A DNA stretch of 64,000 bases from Eledone cirrhosa (GCA_964016885.1 OZ024753.1:6944001-7008000); one strand, 5' to 3'; positions 28,431 to 45,975 are shown, numbered from the stretch's first letter. Numbers and translations are program-made. Notes: a model not told the origin generated them from the letters alone.

Positions 28431-29306
28431 GGATATATATACATACATATATATAAGAGGGATATACATACATATATATATATATGAGATAGATATATAG
28501 ACAGATAGCTATATTTGTAGATAGAAAGATAAATAGATAAATATGTGTGTGTGTGTGTGTGTGCGTATGTGTGTGTGAGATCGTGTGTTTGTTTCTGGTT
28601 GTGTGTAGAAGATACTCCGTCCTTATAGATCGTTGTGCAATTTATCTGAGGAAGCCGTTATGGAAGCACATCTAAGAGATCGGATGTTGACTGTTGAAAC
28701 TAGTACCATACCGTTTAGAAAACATCTATAAATAAAGTGATATATAGATCGATAAAGATATTAAAATATCGATAATCTCACGACATATATCATCGAAAGA
28801 ATGAGCATCATATCATTTTCTTTTCTTTGGAAATATAAAACAGTTGAACTGATAGAATAAAATGAAAATTGGACTTCCTGAAATATATTTTGTTTATGAA
28901 TATATTTATTAAATTATCAACTACTTTATTTGCAACCATTATATATCGTGTGTTAAATTGGCGTAAATCTACATTTATATCCAAATATACATGTGAGGGT
29001 ATATATGTCGCGGTAATCTCATGAATTCGTCATAACTGCTATGGTTGAGATCTGAAGAGTATATTCTATGTTTGTGATCTGTTCGCTTTCATCCATTCTT
29101 TTCCCTCCTTCCTATCTTCTCTTCCTTCATTCATTCGAGGCAACTCACATTTACCCCTGATCTCTGTCCTTCCAGGTAATATTTTATCCAACGCTGCTTC
29201 GACGGTATTTTGCTGTGCTAACATTTTCCATAGGCCGAGTTTTCCCATTTTCTTGAGAATCCTAATACACACGCGTCTCAAAACCCTATTTTCAAGTTAA
29301 ATTGTT

Positions 29307-29339
<33 letters not shown>

Positions 29340-29421
29340 TAAATTTGTAGACTAAAATTAGATAAATCGAGATAAAATATATATATATAAAAGCCCGTAG
29401 AGCAAATATCTATTATAAGTG

Positions 29422-29538
29422 CAGAATAAATTTTAAGCAAAGAATCGTTGCTTTCACCTTTAACGGGATTGTGTGAAAGTGTTTCAGAAAATCCCATTAA
29501 AGGTGAAAGAAGCGATTCTCTACTTAAACTTTAATCTA
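29422..29538. mobile_element. Family F fold-back copy (decayed inverted pair of the CAGAAGA hammerhead-like motif)
   Basis: tttaagcaaagaatcgttgctttcacctttaacgggatt / aatcccattaaaggtgaaagaagcgattctctacttaaa. Confidence 0.7.
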
Positions 29539-29559
29539 TCTATCTATCTATCTACTTAT

Positions 29560-29897
29560 CTCACCGAGGTTACCTTCGCCTTTCATTTTGCCTTTTATCG
29601 ATACAGGATTGATAAAATAAAGCATCAGTAATACACTGGGGTAATGGCTGGCCTTGTGCCAAAAGTTGAAACAGTTATTTAATTTGATATCATTTTAACA
29701 TTAGAGATAACGGTGAATTGGCAATATCGGTAGACGGTTGGACGCCATGCTTTCTAGCACAGTTACGACCCTTTACGGTCTGAGTTTAAATCCCGTCGAG
29801 GGTAGCTTTGTCTTTCATCGTTACGGGGACGATAAATAAGGTACCAGTAATGTACTGGGTATTTTGCTGGCCTTGTGCCAAAAGTATAAACAATTAT
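29560..29897 (+). mobile_element. Two tRNA-derived SINE copies (one truncated)
   Basis: Meta-like domain and ggccttgtgccaaaag 3' end. Confidence 0.75.
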
Positions 29898-30169
29898 AGA
29901 GATATAACATAATCTCAAATATAGTCGCTGGTATCTAAAAACAAATACTCAAAACCTTTGCAAATGGCGACATTATCAAAGCTTTAATGCCTTGTAAAAC
30001 TCACTTTCCTCGAGGGTTCAGTTTCATGGGTCTACTCTTATCCCGCACACAGCCCCAATTAAAATAAATATTGTCCACAACGAATAAAGTTGAAATGCCG
30101 TTGTTCCATTTCAATTCGATATGGAAACTAAAAATATTAAACTCAATTTAATACGAATATACAATTGTG

Positions 30170-30560
30170 AAACTTTGCCTTTCATCCTTACGGGGTCGAT
30201 AAAATAAAGTACCAGTAATGTACTGGATATTTTCTGGCCTTGTGCCTAAAGTAGAAACAATTATTAATTAATTAATTCTATCGTGCAATGCCTGTGCGTG
30301 AAGATATTTTTTTAAAGTGAGGAAAGACTGTGCACTGATCAATCCCATCTCTGAGAGACAGTAGCTATAACTCGAAAAGAAGAAAAGATCAACATCATCG
30401 GTAACTACTGAGCCGAAGGTTTTATATCAGAATTATCCCAGTTTCCTGAGTTGCCTTCTCCTAGAAGAATGCCCTGACAAAGGCTAGGGGTCCTTCACTC
30501 CCAGTGGTTTAACCGCGCGATCGTGTGTCCAGCCCGACTATTTCTATGTCCTCGCGTATA
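30170..30560 (+). mobile_element. SINE 3' fragment joined to the dispersed repeat seen at 17946-18290
   Basis: Sequence identity with the other copies. Confidence 0.7.
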
Positions 30561-30797
30561 AACATATATATATATATATACTGGATAACAGATTATTGTT
30601 ATAGGTAGTCTACTTAGGTGTACTCCAGTTAGGGTACTCCGAGTAGTGGATTGTATCAACGCTTGGCTAAGTTTGACTCAACAAGGCGTTTCCATAGTGG
30701 TGCTGCGAGTACGCGGTGATTTCTATGTTGGAGTAATGATAAATCAAGAAAGAAGAGTGACACGGTTTGCTATACAAAAAAGGTGTTTAATCACTTT

Positions 30798-30903
30798 GCT
30801 GACAATTGTTTCTCTGAACTGGTAGGTCTAGATATCGCTACCCGCATGTTTTCGCGTCAATCGATCAGCAATACATAGTAGTAACCAGTCAATTCATCAG
30901 AGC
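30798..30903 (-). ncRNA. Type I hammerhead-like ribozyme with ~80 nt stem II
   Basis: Stem I GCT/AGC; CTGATGA; TTG-ACTGGT/ACCAGT-T-CAG; GAAA; palindromic stem III ACAATTGT; GUC site. Confidence 0.6.
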
Positions 30904-30951
30904 TAGCGAGAATGAAGGGAATACATAGGCATGGCTTCTATATATAGTAAT

Positions 30952-31087
30952 TGTTTCTACTTTTGGCACAAGGCCAGCAATTACCCAATGCATTACTGGT
31001 ACTTTATTCTATCGACCCCGGAAGGATGAAAGGCAAAGTTAACCGCGGCGGGATTTGAACTCAGATCGTAAAGGGACGTAACTATGC
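30952..31087 (-). mobile_element. 5'-truncated SINE with 20 bp target-site duplication
   Basis: TSD tggcttctatatatagtaat at 30932-30951 and 31088-31107. Confidence 0.85.
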
Positions 31088-31555
31088 TGGCTTCTATATA
31101 TAGTAATGGCATTCAATCAGAACAATAACAACAATACTAACAGTGCTAGCAATAAATTATTTGAAATAATCACAACATCAATCTAAGTAAGACATACAGT
31201 ACACTTAAGACTTTAGCATGTAAAACGAGTTGATATGAGGCAGATGTATGTAATTGACATGTAAAAGCTGTCATGGGTGTATATATATAGTGTAGAGATA
31301 AGCCGGTGGCCTTAAACAACGTACCATTTCCTTTACCGTAGGTTTGGTGACCGTAAGAATTATTTATTATCTGACAGATAGAATATTTATTATTGTAGTG
31401 AAGATAGTAATTTTTGTGGTGTAAGGTGGGTTCAATATTCATGTGGTCTATATTAGATGAAGGGGTTGTTAGTTCGAATCATGGGGTTGTTTAGCTTTCA
31501 CATCATCAATAACATACATGTATAAGATAACAGAGTAGCAATATAATAGAGAAAG

Positions 31556-31600
<45 letters not shown>

Positions 31601-31986
31601 ACCATGCTGACTACAATTATAACAACAGGAGGAAGGTGATATTTTGCTGTGGTAGTATTCTGAAAATGTACTTGGATTTAGGTTCATCTGTTGAGAATCA
31701 AGGGTGAGGGAGTTGCGTTGACAGCAGCTAAGAAGGAATATATTTATAGGTTGATAAGATTGTTGCAGACATTACTGTGGTGTAAAATTAAGTAGGCTAG
31801 AATCTGCTTAATGAGAATTATAGTTCTCTGGTGGTCCGTGTAATAGCGTGCATATCATATGTTGAATGCTAAGTTATGTTGGTTCGATTCACGGTGGCAT
31901 CTTGTGAATTTAGTGGCGAACCTGTGTCTGCAGAAAAAAAAAATATATATATATACACATACATACATAAATATATATATATATAC

Positions 31987-32031
<45 letters not shown>

Positions 32032-32997
32032 TACCGTATTTTACTTATATATATATATATATATATATATATTGCAAAATTTCATTTTTTTTTCTGGCTG
32101 TCGGCTGTTTTTGTCAGCACAATGCCCTCATATCTTTGCTAGTGTTAAATAAACATAAGATAACCTATTTTTTAGAAATATTTTCTCGCCAATTTAATCA
32201 AAGAATCTGAACATCCAAATCGCATTACTCTTCAGAAATTCAATTATAGTGAGGAAAACAGGAAACAATGGTTCATCATTTTTTTTTTTCATTCGGCCAC
32301 AAAAGGAGAAGCGGTAAATTGATGAATCACACATACATACTAACACTCAAACACACACTGCACATACACACACAAACATTCACACACACACACACACATA
32401 CTAACACTCAAACACACACACATTCTAAGACTCAAACACACATACTAAGACTCAACCACACATACTAACATTCAAACACACTGCACATATACACACACAT
32501 ACTAACATTCAAACACACACACATACTAACACACACACACACATACTAACACACAAACACATACACAGTAACATTCAAACACACACACACACATACTAAT
32601 ACTCAAACACACACACACTAACACTCAAACACACACACACTAACACGCAAACACACATATACTAACACACAAACACACACTTATACTAACACTTAAACAC
32701 ACACACACACATATACTAACACTTAAACACACACAGTACACACATACAAGCAATCACACACGCAAATCAATACAAAGTCACGTACGTACACTATCGTATG
32801 TGAATGTGTAAATATATGTGTATATGTGTATATACGTGTGTGTAGCGTGTGTATACGTGTGTATACATGTGTGTAGCGTGTGTATACGTGTGTATATATT
32901 AAGATGGTCAGACATAGTTAAAACCAGTACCAGAAAAATAAGTGATTGCTTTATTGAATGAGGAGATAAATAAATAAACATGACATTATACTCACAC

Positions 32998-34256
<1,259 letters not shown>

Positions 34257-34404
34257 TAGAAGTGCTTACACAACAGTTACTTCACCATACCGAGAACAAT
34301 TGTTCTCGGTATGGTGAAGTAACTATTGTGTAAGCACTTCTACCTAACTCGTCCCATGGAGTGAGTGCTCTACCACTACGGATGTTACCTTCCAGTGTTC
34401 CACC

Positions 34405-34408
<4 letters not shown>
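34257..34408 (+). mobile_element. Loop-less 86 bp palindrome plus 66 bp tail within (TA)n
   Basis: 34257-34342 is self-complementary with one mismatch; centre aa|tt. Confidence 0.8.
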
Positions 34409-36590
<2,182 letters not shown>

Positions 36591-36833
36591 TCACACACAT
36601 ACTCAAACATTTACAAACACTGCATAATACGTTCACGGACGCTCACAAACATATGAATACATGTGGGTATTTCGCTTTATAAATATGAGAGAACTTTTGG
36701 TGATGGTTTAAACTCACAGCCCACAGTCTCTTTGAAATAAAGAATTGCCCTCTACATATATGTATTGGGATATTTGTAGGTCTTTATTGTCATGCCTTTG
36801 TATATATATATATGTGTGTGTGTGTGTTTGTGT

Positions 36834-36952
36834 GTAAAAGGTGAACGAAAATAATAAAACAGATGGCACAGTACATGGAAGAAATATATTAGTTTAACGC
36901 TTGAAATGGCAGAAAGAGACTCAACGTTTCGGACACTAGTCTTTTTTCGGAA
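36834..36952 (-). mobile_element. Family D element with decayed minimal hammerhead
   Basis: Reverse complement matches 49851-49960 (gactag.gtccgaaacgtt..tttcaagcgttaa.ctaatatatt). Confidence 0.65.
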
Positions 36953-37542
36953 TATACAATTAAAATGTTGAGATAAACAGAAAATAAAGAGTGAATTTCA
37001 ACACGTAGATCACACACACAGCAGCCGAGAAGGTAGTGGAAAAATTAATGGAGGGTATATTATATAACATATATATATATGCTGCAGCAGCAAGACATAA
37101 GCTGACCACAACACCAATAACACTACCGAAATAATGGTAGAGGTCAAATGTACTTAACAATAGCAAACACAAACACTACAGGGAGCCTCCCCCCAGAAAG
37201 AATTCTATAGACTTCTGACTGAGGAATGCTCTCAAAACTGACCAATGGGAAGTTTGACACTTTTTTTTGTTATTTTGTTCCTTTACCACCTTGTTCCTTC
37301 TACCACTTTATCAATTTTTTAAGCTAACTCCAACAATAACAACACTTAGAATGAGGAATGTTCTAACAACTGACCAATGAGAGGAGAAGAGGCCCTTTGA
37401 CACTGAAATTCGTTTGTTTGAATTCATATGATTCCAGTTCCTCAGTGAAATAACAACTTAACCAGGAACTGGACATATCAGAGTATTGACAAAATTATAC
37501 ACCTCAACAACATATGTACTTGTCTATACCACACTAATTCGG

Positions 37543-37597
37543 ACTACCTGAAGAGGTCACAGCCAAAGATGGCTGTCACTGAAATATATATAGCAGT
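37543..37597 (+). ncRNA. Type I minimal hammerhead ribozyme
   Basis: Stem I ACTAC/GCAGT (1 mismatch); CTGAAGA; GGTcACAGCCA/TGGCTGTcACT; GAAA; stem III ATATATAT; AUA site. Confidence 0.65.
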
Positions 37598-37924
37598 AAT
37601 AAACGAAGCTAAATTTTAAACATTTGACTGCTTATGCGTGCTATTGTTCTCCACGCTCCACATATGACGAATTATCTTCGTTTTTTTCGTTCATTGCCAG
37701 TGAACGTCTCTATGAACCACCTAAGAGAACATTAGTCTACGACATCTTTTATACCATAAACGTTGTTCTGTCTTTGCGTGTAATTGTTTTTCACCGCTCC
37801 TATTAATGACGTATCTTATTCGTTTTTTCCCGTTCTTTGCCAGCGAACGTATCCACGAACCAAAGTATCGTCTTCCTGTCTTCCTCCGGTTGCAACGTTT
37901 TTTGAAATATCCACTTCTGCGTTT

Positions 37925-38000
37925 ACAGATTGACTTTGTTAGTTTCAGAAGATCCCGTTAAGGGTGAAAGCAGCGATTCTTTGCTTAAACGTTAATCTGT
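37925..38000 (+). ncRNA. Family F hammerhead-like motif (CAGAAGA core) with bulged, extended stem I
   Basis: GTTT/AAAC, 7 nt bulge, then ACAGATTGAC/GTTAATCTGT; core identical to 22828-22868. Confidence 0.5.
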
Positions 38001-38135
38001 TATTTTAATAAATATATATATATATATATAAATAAAGTAACAGGAGGCTGGACTGGTGTAATTCCTTGAAAGGTTTATTATACTATGACCATACGGAATG
38101 ACCAGTTCTAACCAGTGGTGGACCAACAAACCTAA

Positions 38136-38197
<62 letters not shown>

Positions 38198-38405
38198 ATG
38201 AGTAAGTGTTTTGTAAATTATTTTCAGGCTATTTACTTCAAATAAACTGCATAGATTATTATATATGTATTAATTAAGGACATATGCTCATTCTATATCC
38301 ACGATACAAATGAATTATTTACCGTAGTAAGTTAGATTTGACTGAGTTAGCAAATGGTATAACAATAATAATAATAATAATTTTAGTGTCCAAATTTATT
38401 ATTAC

Positions 38406-38447
<42 letters not shown>

Positions 38448-39304
38448 TATCCTTATCTTAGAACCTTAATTTTCTGATGTACTGTATGGCTTTTAAATTT
38501 CTTTAAATATATAAATATATATATATATATATTATTATATGCGAGTCCTTTTGAGAATGTGTGTGTGTATGTGTATATATAATATTTATAACGACATTAC
38601 AAAAGTATTTCATATTATAGAATTTACAATTCTTCATTACACATGTGTGTGTGTGCTTATACACACACCCAAATATATACACACAAACATATATACACAC
38701 ATACACAGATATATATATATATATAGACACACACATATACAGAGACATATATATACACACACACACACACCATATATATATATACATATACATACACACG
38801 TACACGAGAAACAGCAATAGTGACTCGTGTGACAATTTCCGTGTGCGAGTTTATAACAACCACACACCATAATTACATTTATAACAAGAAAATAAATGCA
38901 ATAAGGAATGAATAAACCCGAAGTAATATTAAATTACCAGAAAGTAATATTAAATTACCAGAAAATCATATAAAAATCCTTCAATAGGAATAATGTAGAA
39001 TTTCTCATTATGATTACCTGAAATTATCGTCTTGATATTGAAATATCAGTTCATTTAGTATCTAAAGTTTAGACATTTCTCTTCATCGGATACAAGGTCA
39101 GCCATTGTGCAACATATGTATGTATGACAAAATTGAAGTCGTTCATAGAAAATTAGAAAATAAAAAAATGAACCAAAATGAAACAAAATGAACCAAAATG
39201 AATGCATGCGCAGAGAAGACAAGAAAATAAACAAATAAATAAATAAATAAACAGACTAAATAAAGAAGGCGTAGGCATAAAATCAACGGGAGGAAACATA
39301 ATAG

Positions 39305-39348
39305 CACCACTGACGATGTTGCAGATGTGCAACGAAAGAACTTTGATA
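39305..39348 (+). ncRNA. Minimal hammerhead-like motif (decayed stem I)
   Basis: CTGACGA t GTTGCA-gatg-TGCAAC GAAA gaaCTT. Confidence 0.4.
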
Positions 39349-39607
39349 GACTATATATATGTGTTTGTGTCTATATTGTATCTGTATTTTTGACCGTTGG
39401 TCAGCCAATGGTAACATTGAGGAACGAATCAATTAAATTAACCGATATAAAAGACACAGAAGCGAAAACCAACCAAACAGTGAGTGTGTTCTGTTATTAA
39501 TTCTGGCAATATTATTACAGAAATATGACCCTCCACAAGTATAACAATATTTGTTTCGACACACGATTTCATATCAAAAACCTCGCAAAACTAATATATA
39601 TATATAT

Positions 39608-39729
39608 ATAAATTGAAACAAAATGAAAACGAAATTTCATTTCTCACTCTTAGTATGGCACTTACTTAAATGTAAGTATGCATGTATACGTACATACATA
39701 TATGTATACAGACGTACAGTAGCATGCAC

Positions 39730-39762
<33 letters not shown>

Positions 39763-40282
39763 TATATACATATGCATACAGGTACACATACATATATGCA
39801 CGTATCAGTTTAGCGGCGCTAACGTCGCTTTGTTCGTTTGTAAACAAACTGAACAGCCTGAATTTATGCCATACGGTGTTAAGGCAACCACGTCACCGTT
39901 TTGCTCAACACTGACACGGGAACGATGTACTAGTTTCAAGCTTGTTAGCTATCATCAGCACCGTTTACCCATCTGCCAGATAGTTGAACGTTCGAAAGTA
40001 TATACTTTCCTTATGAAAATTAACGGCTGAGCAGCCTAATTTGCATATTGAGTGAGTTAAATCGGTCAGGCATACCGAAAACGATAAATTGAAACAAAAT
40101 GAAAACGAAATTTCATTTCTCACTCTTAGTATGGCACTTACTTAAATGTAAGTATGCATGTATACGTACATACATATATGTATACAGACGTACAGTAGCA
40201 TGCACATATATATATATATATACATATATATATACATATGCATACAGGTACACATACATATATGCACGTATCAGTTTAGCGG
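39608..40282. repeat. ~200 bp direct repeats flanking a ~270 bp spacer related to the 23096 MITE interior
   Basis: ataaattgaaacaaaatgaaaacg...cacgtatcagtttagcgg at about 39608-39815 and 40085-40282. Confidence 0.85.
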
Positions 40283-40651
40283 GTTGGCGAGACTAGCATA
40301 CGGTCTCGCTGCTGGTACTCAATAGGTAAGGTTATGTAAAAAAATCCCTGAGGGGGACACAAAAGTATTCGCCTCAATACAACACCGTAAATGGGTACCA
40401 TAAATCAATACCCGTACTCGAGTTGCGGCCACACTTAATGCAGCAAGAGAGCGTACAGCATCTAATGTCTGCAATTATTATGCAACAATGTATAATCAGC
40501 ACACGTTGCTTCATCAGCGGGTCTCACCTAATCGATAACAGACATACACACATACATATATATACATACTGGCTTACATACAAACGTAGCTATATTCCTG
40601 CATACACACACACACACACACACACACATACATATTTACAAACATACTTAC

Positions 40652-40682
<31 letters not shown>

Positions 40683-41282
40683 AGAGAGAGAGGGTGTGTG
40701 TGTATGTGTGTATGTAACTGTGTGTGTGTCTATGTGTGTGTGTGTGTGTGTGTGTGGATGTGTGGTGTGTGTGTGTGTGTGCGTGTGTGGATGTATGGTG
40801 TGTGTGTGTGTGTGGATGTGTGGTGTGTGTGTGTGGGTGTATGTGTGTGTGCGTGCGTTTGTGTGTAAGCCTGTGTATGTGCGTTAAATCATTTATAAAA
40901 TACACAAGCCGACATCGAGACTCTGGCTCACACACACACACACAGTTCCCCCAAACAATATCCCACACCCACACTGTCCCCCCACCACAAAGTATCCCCC
41001 ACACCCAGAAACACCCCCCCCCCCACATAAACACCGACATACAGGTATATTGTGCAAATAAACGTTTCTACACAAACGCTTCTGTAGCAAGTGAAACGTA
41101 AACTAACAAGGAAGATTTACCAGACACTGAGTAATCAGCCCCCCCCCCCCCCACCTCACTCTATCAATGGCTTCTATGTAAGGAGTATCTGTGCAGAGCC
41201 ATATGCATGGCTGCACTCCTTTGTGCACTTTACGCAGCTCTCATTGTTTTATACACACACACACACACACACATAATATATG

Positions 41283-41321
<39 letters not shown>

Positions 41322-42154
41322 GTATATATACACACACACATATATATATAGAGAGAGAGAGAGGCACAGATATACGTATGCATATATGTATACATATATA
41401 TATACCCACATACATACCTATATAGAGGTATATATATATATATATATATATATACCTATATATATATATACAATATACCTATGTATACATATACATTATA
41501 CCTATATATTTATATGTATATACACACACACATATACCTATATATATACATCCATATACACATACCTATATATATATATATATAGCTATATATATGTACA
41601 TATATACATTATATACCTACATATATAACTATATATAGACATATATACCTATATATATAGACCACATATATACCTATATATAGACACACATATATACATA
41701 TATATAGACATATACACATATATATAGACGATACACATATATATAGACATATACACACATATATATATAGACATATACACACATATATATATAGATATAT
41801 ACACACATATATATAGATATATACACATATATATAGACATATACACACATATATATATAGACATATACACATATATATAGACATATACACATATATAGAC
41901 ATATACACATATATATAGACATATACACATATATATATAGACATATACACATATATATATAGAACTATAATATACACATTATATATAGACATATACACAT
42001 ATATATAGACAATACCATATATATATATATACACACACACACATATACCTATATATAGACATATATACACACAAACATACATACACACACATATATACAC
42101 ATACACACATATATAACTATATATACATATATATATATATACACACACGCATCC

Positions 42155-42185
<31 letters not shown>

Positions 42186-42476
42186 AATAAATATATATAT
42201 ATATATATGTACACCTATATATATATATATACCTATGTATGTGTGTTTGTTCTTGTATATATATATGTGTGTGTTCATGTTTATGTATATTTGAATGTAT
42301 GTATGTATATCTGTATGAAAGTATATATAGCCATTTTACTCTTGATTACCCAGATAGTTTTCACAATCTGTCTCAGTATCACGTGACCATATTATGTCTG
42401 TCGAACTTCTTGTCTGCCAGAATCTGTTACTGCGTTGTTCTTACCTGATCGAAATGTCTTTCTCTCCTTCTTTCAC

Positions 42477-42654
42477 AGAGAGAGAGAGAGATAGATAGAT
42501 AGAGAGAGATAGAGATAGATAGAGAGAGAGAGAGAGAGAGATAGAGAGATATATAGAGAGAGATATATAGATAGATAGAGAGAGAGAGAGATAGAGAGAG
42601 AGAAAGAGAGATAGAGAGAGATGTAGGGAGGGAGGGAGGGAGAGAGAGAGAGAA

Positions 42655-42705
<51 letters not shown>

Positions 42706-42803
42706 AAGAGAGAAAGAGAGAGATAAAGAGAGAGAGATATAGAGAGAGATAAAGAGAGAGAGATATAGAGAGAGAATAAAGAGAGAGAGATATAGATAGA
42801 GAT

Positions 42804-42864
<61 letters not shown>

Positions 42865-42934
42865 AATAGAGAGAGAGAGAGAGAGAATGAGAGAGAAAGA
42901 GAAAGTGAGAGAAAGAGAAAGAGAGAGAGAAAGT

Positions 42935-42982
<48 letters not shown>

Positions 42983-43156
42983 GAGAGAGAGAGAAAGAAG
43001 AGAGAGAGGAGAAAGAGAGAGAGAGAGTGAAAATATATATGTATATATATAGAGCAAAATATAGATACATATATATATAGAGAGAGAAATATGTTATACA
43101 TATATATATAGAGAGAAATATATATACATATATATATATATATAGAGAGAGAGAGA

Positions 43157-43190
<34 letters not shown>

Positions 43191-43390
43191 AATATATATA
43201 CATATATATAGAGAGAGAGAAATATATATACATATATATAGTGAGAAATATATATACATATATATATAGAGAGAGAAATATATATACAGATATATATTTA
43301 GAGAGAAATATATATTCATATACATTTCTCTCTAAATATATATACATATATATAGTGAGAAATATATATACATATACATAGTGAGAAATA

Positions 43391-43424
<34 letters not shown>

Positions 43425-43470
43425 AATATATATACATATATATATTTAGAGAGAGAAGAGACATACATAT
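42477..43470. repeat. (GA)n/(TA)n low-complexity tract
   Basis: Direct inspection. Confidence 0.95.
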
Positions 43471-43799
43471 ACACATATATTCGTATACAAATATATCTAT
43501 GTGCGTTGTTATATGTGTGTCAATATGTGAGTGTATTTATATATGTGTGTGGATTGCGTGTATGTTTACGCAAGTATTTACATCTGGTTTTTTTCCTATA
43601 TATTCATGTCTATCTAACCGTCCATTATTCGTCTTTGTCCTTATCGTTGAGTGTCTGGGTATTTTCTTTGGTGAAGTCTGTCTATCCCTCTATTCATCTC
43701 TCTAGCTAGCTATCTATCCATCCATCTAGCTATATATGTGTCTTTCTCTCTACTTATCTATCTATCTAGCTATCTATCCATCTAGCTATATATTTGTCT

Positions 43800-45020
43800 T
43801 TAACGCGCGCTCTTCCAATTCCTTTGGAAGAGGCGGGCTCCTTTGCTGAGAAGATCCATCTGCTGCCAACACCCTTCTAACGGAGGGCTGGGGATGCCGT
43901 GGTTGACGATGCGCAAACACGCGCTCAGGCTGCGGCATCTCTACGTATTCCTCACCGGACAACCGGTGTGGGCCCCGTTCGTGAGGCGAGCCTTCCCACG
44001 ACTCGTCTCGCTGACCGAGCTGCAGTCCTGGGTCAAGCAAAGACCGAGGAAAATGGGCGACTGGCACATCGAATGTGCTCAGGCACTCACAGCCCTCTGG
44101 CAAGCGGACCCGGCGATCAGTGGAGTCTCCACTTCGTCATTCTATAGAGGTTTGATCCGCAACAAGTGCGACGACGCGCTCGGAGAAACTCTAGGCGTAG
44201 AGGAAGACGAACTGGCCAGTCTGTTCGGTAGGACCTTCCGCCCGAGACCGATGGACAACTTACAAAAGTTCCTGGCCTGGCAGTGCTAACGAGGAGCTCT
44301 ACCAGTTCGAGACAAGCTCTACAGACATGGGCGCCCGGGCAGGGACCCTGCAAAAAAGATCAGTACGAGGTGCGTGCGAGACGAAGAAACCGTCGCGCAC
44401 GCATTCATACACTGCCCGGGCGTCACTGACCTGTGGGGCTATGTAGAACGACTATTGTCGCGGGTGGGACCAATCCGGTTGACCACCGAGTCCATTGTCA
44501 TGATCAAACCGCCACCCTCCTTCAAAAACGAAGAAGAGGCGGTTTTCCTTTGTGTGATAGCTATGGCGAAAGAGGTTGTATGGTGGACAAGGTTGAAAGG
44601 GCTGAGGTCAGACACCTTTCTCTCCGGCCAACAACTGATTCTTTTTTTCAAATACCACTTTGGAAGAAGAATCAGGATGGAGAGAGAGGTGCTGCACCCC
44701 AGCAAGTTTTATGAAAGGTGGGTGAAAGTGGCGAGAATGGCCCGAGTGAATGGGCCTTCTCTCTATATCAGCCTGTAGGTTGAGGAAAAGGAGGAGGAGA
44801 GGAAAGGAGTACAAACTCGTCGTACTCCTGGAGATGAGGGTTGCAAATCTTTTAGAGGGTATGTGTTACCCATATAAACCGTCTCCCCCTATTGGGGAAA
44901 ATCGACTAACTTTTTAAATTGCATTTTTGATAACATTTTACACGTTTTTATTGTATGTAAACTTCCCCCTTTGTATTTGTCCCCTTCTTTTGTGCTCCTG
45001 TGGCTAATAAAGAAATATAT
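43800..45020 (+). pseudogene. 5'-truncated Tx1/L1-clade LINE: ORF2 C-terminal (zf-RVT-like) region and 3' UTR, with stop/frameshift
   Basis: QHPSNGGLGMP, AWQC*RGALPVRDKL, ETVAHAFIHCP..LW; 3' end ggctaataaagaaa. Confidence 0.8.
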
Positions 45021-45039
45021 CTATATATCTATCCATCCT

Positions 45040-45975
45040 GTGGAACTATGCAGACAACTGCCGTCGCGTATGGGACAAATCCAGTTGATTGCCGAGTCCA
45101 TTGTAAGGATCAAACCGCCAGCCTCTTTCAAAAACGAAAGAGAGGCGGTTTTCCTCTGTACGGTGGCTATAGTGAAAGAAGTTATATGGTGGACAAGTTG
45201 AGAGGACTGAGGACAGATGCCTTTCTCTCCGGACAACAATTGATTCCCTTCTTTAAGTATCACTTTAAAAGCAGAATCAGGGTGGAGAGAGAGGCACTGC
45301 ACAGCACCCCAGTAAATTTACTGAAAGGTGGGTGAATGAAGCGAAAATGGCCCGAGTGATTGGGCCTTCTCTGTTTATAAGCCTATAGGTTGAAGAAGAG
45401 AGCAAAAGGAAGAAAGGAGCACGCACTTCCACAACACGCTCCTGGAGTTGAGGGTTGTTCTATCGACGGAGTATTAAACAACCCATTTGTGGAGTCTCCT
45501 CCCTATTGGGGATTTCGATTGTGGTAATTGTTTGTTTTTATACTTTATATTTTTTACACGACTGTATGTAAAATCCCCGGCATGTCTTTGTATTGTCCCC
45601 TTTTCTTGTGCGCCCTTGTGGCTAATAAGAAATATATCTATCCATCCATCTCTCTAGCTATATATTTGTCTAAGGTGGGTTAATGTGGCAAGGATGGCCC
45701 GAGTGGTTGGGCCTTCTCTCTATATAAACCTGTAGGTTGAGGAAAAAGAGGAAGAGAAGAAAAGAGCGCTCGCTCTTCGTGCTCCGGGAGATTAGGGTTG
45801 TACATTTTTTCAAGGTGTGTACAACCCATGTGTAACGCCTCTCTTCTATTGGGGATTTCAATTGTTATCTGTTATTTATTTATTAGTTCTATTTTTATAC
45901 GCTTGTATGTAAACTCCCCATTTTGTATTTGTATTTGTCCCCATCTTTTGTGCCCCTGTGGCAAATAAAGAAATA
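45040..45975 (+). mobile_element. Two further, more truncated copies of the same Tx1/L1-like LINE in tandem
   Basis: 45040-45635 and 45672-45975 repeat the ORF end and 3' UTR. Confidence 0.8.

Noticed and set aside
40460-40522. Minus-strand CTGATGA followed by a hairpin
   Set aside because: ATAA instead of GAAA and no stem I or III; too degenerate to call
42427-43476. SL-rich 349 aa ORF
   Set aside because: (CT)n/(TA)n read-through
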